From an uncultured Candidatus Saccharibacteria bacterium (lineage in GTDB: Bacteria > Patescibacteriota > Dojkabacteria > SC72 > WJKH01): a DNA stretch of 64,000 bases. The stretch is taken from contig CAZRRH010000003.1 of the NCBI GenBank assembly GCA_964602665.1, positions 2,963-66,962 of the forward strand. Direction: 5' to 3'. The notes beneath the pieces were generated by a model. It was not told the DNA's origin. It worked only from the letters and a program-made list of their open reading frames with translations, and searched no databases. The position numbers and the translations under genes were made by a program. Shown piece by piece: positions 56,796 through 64,000 of the stretch (positions within the stretch are counted from its first letter, which is position 1; each line of letters begins with the position of its first letter).

Positions 56796-57197
56796 GTGGC
56801 AGAGAGAAAGACAGGTTATTTTGAAGGAGTAGGTAGAAGGAAATGTTCTACAGCTAGAGTCAGAATATATAAAGGAAAAGGTGTTACAACAGTTAATGAG
56901 AGACCAATAGAGGAGTATTTCCTTGTTGACAAGATGCTTGCAAATGCACAAAAATCTTTAAAAGTCGCTGGACTTGATTCAGACTACTATTTTACCGTGA
57001 AAACAAACGGCGGAGGAATTGCAGGACAATCAGATGCTGTCTCTCTTGGGCTTGCTAGAGCAATTATAAAAATGGATCCAGACAAGAAACCTGTTCTTAA
57101 AAAGGAAGATTTGGTTAGCCGAGATGCTCGAATCATCCAAAGAAAGAAAGCTGGATTTAGAAAAGCAAGAAAAAAGCCACAGTTCTCAAAGAGATAG
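56796..57197 (+). CDS. rpsI: 30S ribosomal protein S9
   Basis: 133 aa. …GGGIAGQSDAVSLGLARAI…KPQFSKR. Confidence 0.9.
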   Translation: MAERKTGYFEGVGRRKCSTARVRIYKGKGVTTVNERPIEEYFLVDKMLANAQKSLKVAGLDSDYYFTVKTNGGGIAGQSDAVSLGLARAIIKMDPDKKPVLKKEDLVSRDARIIQRKKAGFRKARKKPQFSKR

Positions 57198-57225
57198 TTT
57201 GTGCTTATTTTCACAAGATTTTCAT

Positions 57226-58362
57226 TTATTTCGTATAGAAAATAGCCTTTTTTAATTTGCTGCTTTTGCATAGTTTAATAATCTTAAAAGTATTATATAA
57301 AGAAGATGGGATCTTTTTATAATAATTTATCTTATCCTCATTAGTGCATACGCATTTACCAAGAATATTTGCACAAGGGCATAGGGCTCCAATGGCAATA
57401 ATTGTTATATTTTGGCTTTTAGCAATATATTTGAGCGTCACAGACGAGGCCTCAAATATATTTTTAAAAATTATAAACCCTTTGTAAGCGAAATTAATTG
57501 CACGGCTTAACTCTTTATGCTCAATCGTCTCGTTTATAATTGATATAGGTGGTTTAGGGTATGCAATACCATTTTGATCTTGTGCTTTAATTAGATTTAG
57601 CAAATCAGGCTTATTCGTTGGAAGATAACATTTAGACATCATGCTCTCAAAATTAGTTAATGGATAAGCATGATTAGTCAATATAAGTACGTTTTGTTTT
57701 TTATTTAAAGCTGTTTGTAAAGGGGAGATTAGATCAGCATCAAGAATCGAACAAAACTTGCAAGATAAATCAAAGGCTGGCTTATCAAAGCAGTAGAGAT
57801 TTATTCGAGGTGTAATATCATGCCGAAGTTGGTGGATGTTTTCTATACTCCAGAAATTGATCTTTGGAAAAACATAGCCTATCAATTTTAGCGTCTTAAT
57901 AGGAATATGTGGGATTATTAGCAGATCTTTGCTTCCAATATTATTCCCATATAATTGAAGGAAATGAAATAAACCATGCGTTTGCGTTATATCACCATTT
58001 AAATTAACCTCTCCAAAAGCATATATATTTCTAGTCAGAAGCTCTTTGTTAATCATATTTGGGGCGAGATTTTTTAGCAGACAAATAGCAAACGGGAGAT
58101 CATAATGAGTTCCTTGTTTAAGTAACGTCGTGGGTGTAATATTTGTGCGAATTTTTTGGGCGGGAAATGTTCCAATAATTGATCTGCATACAGAAATAAC
58201 CTTGCGAAGCGACTCTTTTGTACTTGAGCTAATGGATCCCGATGTATAAAAATTGGGTAAACCTCTTAAAGTTAGGCACTCAACTGATGATTTATATAGC
58301 TCTTGATTAGTTATTGTGATTGTTTTTACTGCGTTAAACATTAGCAATATTTTAGCAATCAT
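57226..58362 (-). CDS. divergent ComM/YifB (Mg-chelatase-like) family protein with degenerate Walker A. Truncated relative to canonical ~500 aa.
   Basis: 378 aa. The N-terminal ~190 aa match the ChlI/YifB N-domain (…GLPNFYTSGSISSSTKESLRKVISVCRSIIGTFPAQKIRTNITPTTLLKQGTHYDLPFAICLL…FGEVNLNGDI). At the expected P-loop position the sequence is NVLILTNHAYPLTN, not GPPGTGKT. C-terminal Cys cluster CPCANILGKCVC. Confidence 0.4.
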   Translation of the reverse strand: MIAKILLMFNAVKTITITNQELYKSSVECLTLRGLPNFYTSGSISSSTKESLRKVISVCRSIIGTFPAQKIRTNITPTTLLKQGTHYDLPFAICLLKNLAPNMINKELLTRNIYAFGEVNLNGDITQTHGLFHFLQLYGNNIGSKDLLIIPHIPIKTLKLIGYVFPKINFWSIENIHQLRHDITPRINLYCFDKPAFDLSCKFCSILDADLISPLQTALNKKQNVLILTNHAYPLTNFESMMSKCYLPTNKPDLLNLIKAQDQNGIAYPKPPISIINETIEHKELSRAINFAYKGFIIFKNIFEASSVTLKYIAKSQNITIIAIGALCPCANILGKCVCTNEDKINYYKKIPSSLYNTFKIIKLCKSSKLKKAIFYTK

Positions 58363-58411
58363 TTATTAACTAGTACTGAATTATTTCTGAAATCTCGTTA
58401 TCCTTTTAATA

Positions 58412-58440
58412 TTGACAGAACAAGCTAAATGTGCTATAAT
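58412..58440 (+). promoter_or_regulatory. consensus sigma70 promoter for RNase P RNA (TTGACA-17 nt-TATAAT)
   Basis: -35 TTGACA at 58412..58417, a 17-nt spacer, -10 TATAAT at 58435..58440. The predicted TSS at ~58447-58449 coincides with the P1 5' end of rnpB. Confidence 0.7.
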
Positions 58441-58448
58441 GATATTAT

Positions 58449-58777
58449 AGACAAGTTCTCTGGGCAACAGCAGGTGAGTAAAATCGCTTGAGGAAAGTCC
58501 GGACACAGCAAGTGAGACTGTCCAAAGACAGGTGGGCGTGAGCTTACGGAGAAAAGGGCAACAGAAAGATACCGTCTATCCAGTGCTTGCACTGGGTGGA
58601 TAAGGGTGAAATGGTGGTGTAAGAGACCACCGCACTACCTGCAAAGGTGAGTGGCACGGCAACCCCTCTCTTGTGCAAGGTTTAACCGCACCAGCTTTAA
58701 AACTGGGAGTTACGCTTATGTGTAGCTCAGATAAATTGTTGCATTATACAGAATCCGGCTTATAAGAGGACTTGTCT
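58449..58777 (+). ncRNA. rnpB: RNase P RNA (bacterial type A)
   Basis: P4 strands GAGGAAAGTCCGG (58490..) and ACAGAATCCGGCTTA (58748..). Conserved J11/12-J12/13 module GGATAAGGGTGAAATGGTGGTGTAAGAGACCACC. P1 is formed by AGACAAGT (5') pairing with ACTTGTCT (3'). Total ~329 nt. Confidence 0.85.
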
Positions 58778-59650
58778 TTAAGCCCCCTCCTCATCAATCC
58801 TCTTCCTTCCCTCAAACTGAAAAGAAACAAGTTTTACAAATCCGTCTTTACACTTAACAATAAACTTGCCCTTCTGAACAGGAGAATCAACAGCAGAGCA
58901 TTTAAAAATCTTAAGCCTCTTTCCTTCAAAAAAACACCAGGCAACAGGCCATGGAACAAAAGCACGTACTCGTCGACTAATCTGCTCATAATCCATATTC
59001 TCTAAGTCAATAGAAGCATTCTCTTTTGCTATATCACTTTCGTGGCAGTACGAAGCATCTTCTTCGCTCTGAGCCACGGGTATAATTTTCCCTGTGCACC
59101 AATTAGCCAGAACATTGCCTAGCTCCATCTTAGTAATATCTAAAAGTCTTTTTCTAATAGAGATATTTGTATCATCATTCGAAATACTTGTTTCAAATTG
59201 TGCTAAAACATCGCCAGCATCAAGGGCTTTAACCATCTTAACAATCGAAATACCGGTTTTGGTTTCACCTTCAAGAATAGCTTTCTGCACGGGAACAGCG
59301 CCTCTATATTTTGGAAGAAGCGAGTAGTGTACATTAATCGCTTTGAATTTTGGTGCCTCTAGAAAATATTCGGGTAGCAATCGCCCGTAAGATTTGCATA
59401 CAATAATTTCGGGATTGCACTCTTTTAATATTTTTTTGTAGTCATCAAAATATAAAGCGATTTTATTCTCTTCACAAAACTTTATAATATCAGATTTGAT
59501 TATTTCCATTTTTCGTCCTTGTGGTTTATCGGGCTGAGTAAGTACGCCTACAATTTTGAAGCGCTCATCTTGGTGCAATGATAGCAAAGTATGGAAAGCT
59601 TCAAATCCAACACCAATGTATAGCAGTTTTATCATTATGTTAAAAATCAA
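58778..59650 (-). CDS. fmt: methionyl-tRNA formyltransferase
   Basis: 290 aa. …YGRLLPEYFLEAPKFKAINVHYSLLPKYRGAVPVQKAILEGETKTGISIVKMVKALDAGDVL… (formyltransferase HxSLLPxxRG motif). Confidence 0.85.
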   Translation of the reverse strand: MIFNIMIKLLYIGVGFEAFHTLLSLHQDERFKIVGVLTQPDKPQGRKMEIIKSDIIKFCEENKIALYFDDYKKILKECNPEIIVCKSYGRLLPEYFLEAPKFKAINVHYSLLPKYRGAVPVQKAILEGETKTGISIVKMVKALDAGDVLAQFETSISNDDTNISIRKRLLDITKMELGNVLANWCTGKIIPVAQSEEDASYCHESDIAKENASIDLENMDYEQISRRVRAFVPWPVAWCFFEGKRLKIFKCSAVDSPVQKGKFIVKCKDGFVKLVSFQFEGRKRIDEEGA

Positions 59651-59697
59651 ATTTTATGCTATAATAATAGCAAATATAACATTATAAGTAAATATCA

Positions 59698-60996
59698 ATG
59701 GAAATTATAGCAATCGTACTAAGCGGAGTTTCATTATTAATTGCAATCCTTATTTTCATAAAAATAAATGGATTAAAAGGAGGAAATGAGAGCAACGAAA
59801 TTCTCAAACAAATATTGTTGGAACAAGAGAAATTGCCAAAACAGCTTAAAGAGGAATCTTCAACGAATCGTCAAGAAGCAAATTTACAACAAAAAGAGCT
59901 CCGTCAAGAGATAATAACCTCAATTTCTACACTTGGTGCTAATACGACAAAATATTTAACAGCCTTAACAGAGAAAAACGAAGAAAAGATGAGTAAAATT
60001 CAGCAAACAGTGCAGGATGGACTATTAAAGCTCCAGAAAGACAACTCTGTCCAGCTTGAGCGTATGCGAAATACTGTTGATGAGAAACTTACAGAGACAC
60101 TTGATAAAAGGCTTGGTGAGAAGTTTAAAATGGTCAATGATAGACTGGAATCTGTGTATAAAGGGCTTGGTGAGATGCAGAATTTGGCTAAAGGCGTGGG
60201 AGATTTAAAGAATGTTTTGACAAATGTAAAGACTCGTGGAACATGGGGAGAGGTGCAACTTGATAACCTACTTGAACAAATATTGGCGCCCACTCAATTC
60301 CTTAAAAATGTTAGTACAAAGAAAGGAAGCAATGATCGCGTTGAGTTTGCGATTAAAATTCCTAGCAAAACGACCAAAGATGAAAATGTGCTTCTTCCAA
60401 TTGATGTGAAATTTCCTGTAGAAGATTATCAGAGATTGCTTGATGCTGTTGAACAATCAGATAAAGAGGCGGTTGATCGAAGTGTTAAAGCAATTACAAA
60501 TAAGATTAAGGATCAGGCAAAGTATATACACGACAAGTATATTGATCCACCACATACTACAGATTTTGGTGTTTTATATTTGCCGATAGAAGGCCTATAC
60601 GCAGAGGTTACAAGACAGCTTGGATTATGCGAGCAAATTCAACAAGAGTATCAGATCGTTGTTATGGGACCAAACACTGTTGCAGCTTTCTTAAATAGTC
60701 TGCAGATGGGATTTAGAACTCTCGCAATAGAGAAAAAGACAAGTGAGGTTTGGGATCTTCTTGGAGACATAAAAAATCAGTTTAGGCAATTTGAAGAGGC
60801 TGTCGTTAAGACTCAAAAGAAGCTTACAGAAGCAAGTAATACTATTAACAAACTGTCTGTAAGAACCCGCGCAGTACATAAAAGGATAAGTAGTGTAGAA
60901 AGTCTGTCTACGACTCAAGGGGACATTTCAACTCCTAAATTACTGTTTGAGCCTGATTTGGAATTAGAACAAGACGAAGAGGATAATGAAAAGTAG
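59698..60996 (+). CDS. rmuC: DNA recombination protein RmuC
   Basis: 432 aa. N-terminal TM, a long coiled coil, then the RmuC domain (…RGTWGEVQLDNLLEQILAP…VEFAIKIP…LPIDVKFP…). Confidence 0.8.
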   Translation: MEIIAIVLSGVSLLIAILIFIKINGLKGGNESNEILKQILLEQEKLPKQLKEESSTNRQEANLQQKELRQEIITSISTLGANTTKYLTALTEKNEEKMSKIQQTVQDGLLKLQKDNSVQLERMRNTVDEKLTETLDKRLGEKFKMVNDRLESVYKGLGEMQNLAKGVGDLKNVLTNVKTRGTWGEVQLDNLLEQILAPTQFLKNVSTKKGSNDRVEFAIKIPSKTTKDENVLLPIDVKFPVEDYQRLLDAVEQSDKEAVDRSVKAITNKIKDQAKYIHDKYIDPPHTTDFGVLYLPIEGLYAEVTRQLGLCEQIQQEYQIVVMGPNTVAAFLNSLQMGFRTLAIEKKTSEVWDLLGDIKNQFRQFEEAVVKTQKKLTEASNTINKLSVRTRAVHKRISSVESLSTTQGDISTPKLLFEPDLELEQDEEDNEK

Positions 60997-62107
60997 TGAT
61001 TTTGATTATAATCTACCAGAAGAAAGAATTGCTAAATATCCTCCAAAAAAGCGAGGAGATACAAGATTACTTTTACTAAATTGTGATAACTCTCTGGTTA
61101 AACCGTCAGATAAAAAATATGCAGATTTAGCTGATTTGATTCCATCAAATGCGGTTATTGTCCTAAACGACACAAAAGTTTTAAGAGCAAGATTTTTTGC
61201 GAAATACGATAAAACAGGTAAAGAGTGCGAGATTTTGTATCTAAACAATATATCGTGGCATGACGATCATAATTCATATTGGGAAACTCTTATTGGAGGG
61301 GCAAAGAAGTTACAAGAGGGCGATATTTTAAGAATAGGCGAGTATAGTTGTAAGTTTTTGCAAAGAAATGCAGAGCATGCTACAAATATTCTCGAAATTG
61401 ACCCAAAGATAGAGAGGGAAATATTTGATAAATATGGTCATGTCCCACTTCCACCATATTTAAAGCGCCCTGACGAAGCGTCTGATAAGAAGCGATATAA
61501 TACAATTTTTGCAAAAATTGATGGGTCAGTTGCGGCTCCAACTGCTAGCTTAAATATTACAGAAGAATTGCTTTCTAAGTTAAAAAAGAATGGTGTTGAG
61601 ATTGCATATGTGACTTTAGATGTTGGATGGGGCACATTTGCTCCTGTTAAAACAGATAAAGTTCAAGATTTTAAAATTCATAGTGAGAGATTCTCTTTAA
61701 ATCAGGAGAATGCAGACATAATTAATTGCGCCATTAGGAAAAATAGACCAGTAATTGCTTTTGGGACAACAGCAACAAGAGTTTTAGAGAGTGTCGCTGT
61801 TTACGACGACAGAGAAGATAAATATATTGTAAAAGCCCAAAAAGGATATACTGATATTTTTATATATCCGGGGTATAATTGGAAAGTGATTACGGGACTG
61901 GTAACTAATTTTCATGCGCCAAAATCCAGCTTACTTATGTTGGTTAGTAGCTTTTTAGGGCATCTTCTAGGAAATCAAGAAATTGGGCTAGATGAGGTTA
62001 AAAAAGAATATCAATATGCAATAGATCAAAGATATGCATTTTTAAGTTACGGTGACTCAATGTTTATTAATAAAAAAATTATAAATTATGGAAAACAAAT
62101 TAGCTGA
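60986..62107 (+). CDS. queA: S-adenosylmethionine:tRNA ribosyltransferase-isomerase
   Basis: 373 aa. MKSSDFDYNLPEERIAKYPPKKRGDTRLLLL…, then the …GTTATRVLES… pattern of QueA. Confidence 0.85.
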   Translation: MKSSDFDYNLPEERIAKYPPKKRGDTRLLLLNCDNSLVKPSDKKYADLADLIPSNAVIVLNDTKVLRARFFAKYDKTGKECEILYLNNISWHDDHNSYWETLIGGAKKLQEGDILRIGEYSCKFLQRNAEHATNILEIDPKIEREIFDKYGHVPLPPYLKRPDEASDKKRYNTIFAKIDGSVAAPTASLNITEELLSKLKKNGVEIAYVTLDVGWGTFAPVKTDKVQDFKIHSERFSLNQENADIINCAIRKNRPVIAFGTTATRVLESVAVYDDREDKYIVKAQKGYTDIFIYPGYNWKVITGLVTNFHAPKSSLLMLVSSFLGHLLGNQEIGLDEVKKEYQYAIDQRYAFLSYGDSMFINKKIINYGKQIS

Positions 62108-63125
62108 TTTTGGTAAAAAGCCGATATTTATGCCTGATGCAACAAAGGGTGCGGTGCGATATTTATCGACAAATGATCTTAAAAGTATTGGTACAAAGGG
62201 CGTCGTTATAAACACATTGCACTTGGCGACAAGTATTGGTGCAGATAGAATAGAACGACTAGGCGGGATGCATAAATTTATGAATTGGGATGGGTATATT
62301 TTGAGTGATTCTGGGGGATTTCAGATTTTTAGCTTGTTGCATAGCGGTAAATGGGCAGGCGAGATAAATCAAAATGGAGCAATTTTTAAATCGCCCAAAG
62401 ATGGTGCCGTTTTTACACTTACACCCGAGAGTTCTATAGACATACAAATTAAGTTAGGCTCTGACATATTGGTTGTGCTTGATGATTGTCGTGATGCTCA
62501 AATAAGCAAAGATGAAGCTAAAAAATCTGTTGATAATACATTAAAATGGGCTGTTAGATCTAAAGAGCGTTTTGAGAAAGAGTATGGAGGAACCGCAAGA
62601 ACAGGTAAATTGTTAAGCGCTGTTGTCCAGGGTGCACAATTTCTTGATTTGCGAGAATATTGTGCTAAGGAGCTTGTAAAAATCGGTTTTGATGGCTATA
62701 ACTTTGGCGGATATGTCGTAGATACTGATGGTAGATTGGTAAAAGATCAGATGAAAGTTGTCGCTGATAATACACCAAATGATAAATTTAGATATGCTAT
62801 GGGGGTTGGTAAGCCTAAAGATATTCGTGACGGATTAGCGCTCGGGTATAATGTTTTTGATACTGTGTTGGTTACTCGTAATGCTAGGCACGGATCTTTA
62901 TACTCTTCTACTTCGCCAGAAGGAGCCGAACTTATTCATATAAAAAGTGCAAGATATGCTGAAGATTTAGATCCTATTGATAGTAATTGCGACTGTGAGG
63001 CTTGCAAATTGCATAGTAGGGCGTATTTGCACAATTTGTTTAAAAATGGAGAGGCAACGGCCCTTAGACTTATGAGTCTGCATAATTTGAGATACTATAA
63101 TAAAATTTTGAATTGTGAATTTTAA
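62088..63125 (+). CDS. tgt: queuine tRNA-ribosyltransferase
   Basis: 345 aa. …ILSDSGGFQIFSL…VLDDC…, with a C-terminal zinc site CDCEACKLHSRAYLHNL. Confidence 0.85.
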   Translation: MENKLADFGKKPIFMPDATKGAVRYLSTNDLKSIGTKGVVINTLHLATSIGADRIERLGGMHKFMNWDGYILSDSGGFQIFSLLHSGKWAGEINQNGAIFKSPKDGAVFTLTPESSIDIQIKLGSDILVVLDDCRDAQISKDEAKKSVDNTLKWAVRSKERFEKEYGGTARTGKLLSAVVQGAQFLDLREYCAKELVKIGFDGYNFGGYVVDTDGRLVKDQMKVVADNTPNDKFRYAMGVGKPKDIRDGLALGYNVFDTVLVTRNARHGSLYSSTSPEGAELIHIKSARYAEDLDPIDSNCDCEACKLHSRAYLHNLFKNGEATALRLMSLHNLRYYNKILNCEF

Positions 63126-63193
63126 ATTTTGAATAAGAGAGCACGGAACTGCTTGATTAATCTCAATTGTTGAGAAAGAAAAGATTTGATTTC

Positions 63194-64000
63194 CTAATTA
63201 TCCAAAATTTGTCTAATTTCATGCTGTCTTTTGGCAACAGTTGATCTTAGGAGATCGACCTCTTTCTTGCTTTCATCATCCTTTTTTTCCTGAAAAACTT
63301 GTTGAGAAAATGGTTGGGCTTGCTCATCGATTGGAGCATTCTGCCATTTTTCCAAAAGTGCTGCATCAGCAAGCTCTCTTGGGTCTGTTGTGATAAGATA
63401 ATGCTCACCTTGATTTGCGACTACTTGTATAGCAACATGATTTTGTCCTGCAAAAAATAGCCCTTGGCCTTTGTCGCAATTTAGCAAATAAGCCTTTTCA
63501 CCTTCTGATAAATTAAATACTTTGCCTATGCGATCAATTGCATTTGGGCTTTGTTTCATAAGAAATTGAATAGAAGAGTTGTTGATAATTGCTCTTCCAA
63601 GTTCGTTTTTAAGAAAGTCTTCAACATCTTGTGTAATAGTTGTAACCCCAAGATAGTATTTTCTTGCTCTTTTGACTAACGAGTACATAAATTTTGATGT
63701 GTCTTCATTTTGCATCATATACCAAGCTTCATCAACTATAAGAATTCTTTTGCGTCGTTCTTTGCGAATTGTTGTCCAAATATAGTCAAGGATTAAAAAC
63801 ATGCCCATCGGTCGTAACTCTTCTTGCAAATCTCGTACACTAAAAACAACAAACTGATTATTCATGTTGACATTGGTTTCCTCATTAAAAATCCCTGCTG
63901 CGCTACCAATTATGTACCGTTCTAATTTACCAGCCATGACACGAGCTTCTGGATCAGCCATGCCTTTAAGCACTTTGTAAAGATCTTCCAAAAGAGGCAT
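63194..64000 (-). CDS. C-terminal portion of a VirB4/TrbE/TraC-family type IV secretion ATPase. The gene continues beyond the window end.
   Basis: Walker B ILIVDEAW and the VirB4-type motif RKYYLGVTTITQ (RK-x8-TQ), then a conserved C-terminal region. The reading frame is open to the window edge at 64000. Confidence 0.7.
   Translation of the reverse strand: MPLLEDLYKVLKGMADPEARVMAGKLERYIIGSAAGIFNEETNVNMNNQFVVFSVRDLQEELRPMGMFLILDYIWTTIRKERRKRILIVDEAWYMMQNEDTSKFMYSLVKRARKYYLGVTTITQDVEDFLKNELGRAIINNSSIQFLMKQSPNAIDRIGKVFNLSEGEKAYLLNCDKGQGLFFAGQNHVAIQVVANQGEHYLITTDPRELADAALLEKWQNAPIDEQAQPFSQQVFQEKKDDESKKEVDLLRSTVAKRQHEIRQILDN

Noticed and set aside
1-64000. Searched for CRISPR arrays, rRNA genes, integrase/transposase/relaxase genes, reverse transcriptase (DGR/retron) and toxin-antitoxin pairs
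   Set aside because: No direct-repeat/spacer periodicity, no rRNA-like conserved stretches, and no ORF with recombinase, RT or relaxase motifs could be recognised anywhere in the window.

Overview
This is a low-GC (~35%) bacterial chromosomal segment read in the standard genetic code. It looks like a reduced-genome Patescibacteria/CPR-type organism, based on three things: a divergent EF-Tu, an S10-spc-alpha ribosomal superoperon with no L30 or L29 gene in the usual positions, and extended -10 boxes sitting 6-8 nt from start codons. This placement is inferred from the sequence only.

Content runs in this order. (i) A 0-6.8 kb housekeeping and repair block with Maf, an alpha/beta hydrolase, a tRNA-Ser(GCU), endonuclease IV and a UvrD-helicase/RecB-nuclease fusion. 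(ii) An accessory cell-surface/secretion locus split into two sub-blocks, 6.85-11.0 kb and 19.9-33.9 kb. It holds six tandem VirB2/TrbC-like pilin paralogues, a coiled-coil SpoIID/LytB protein, a DsbA-like protein, an Fn3 surface protein with a PT-repeat linker, a Cys-rich secreted HExxH protein, two tandem VirB6/TrbL-like polytopic membrane paralogues, a 1132-aa protein ending in an M23 peptidase domain, a bitopic protein, and a PGRP-like/SH3b wall-binding protein. Housekeeping genes (RSH, recG, spoU, rsmD, pyrG) sit between the sub-blocks. (iii) uvrD/pcrA, ppa, an Rpf-like transglycosylase and a TPR protein. (iv) The fusA-tuf-S10...rpsI ribosomal superoperon at 39.2-57.2 kb, including a 38-codon rpmJ that the ORF track misses. 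(v) A degenerate ComM/YifB-like gene, RNase P RNA with a consensus sigma70 promoter, fmt, rmuC, queA and tgt. (vi) The 3' part of a VirB4/TrbE-like T4SS ATPase gene running off the window end.

No CRISPR array, rRNA gene, integrase or transposase is visible. The most interesting element is the monoderm-type T4SS-like or pilus-like host-interaction locus, with its multicopy pilins and cluster of wall hydrolases.
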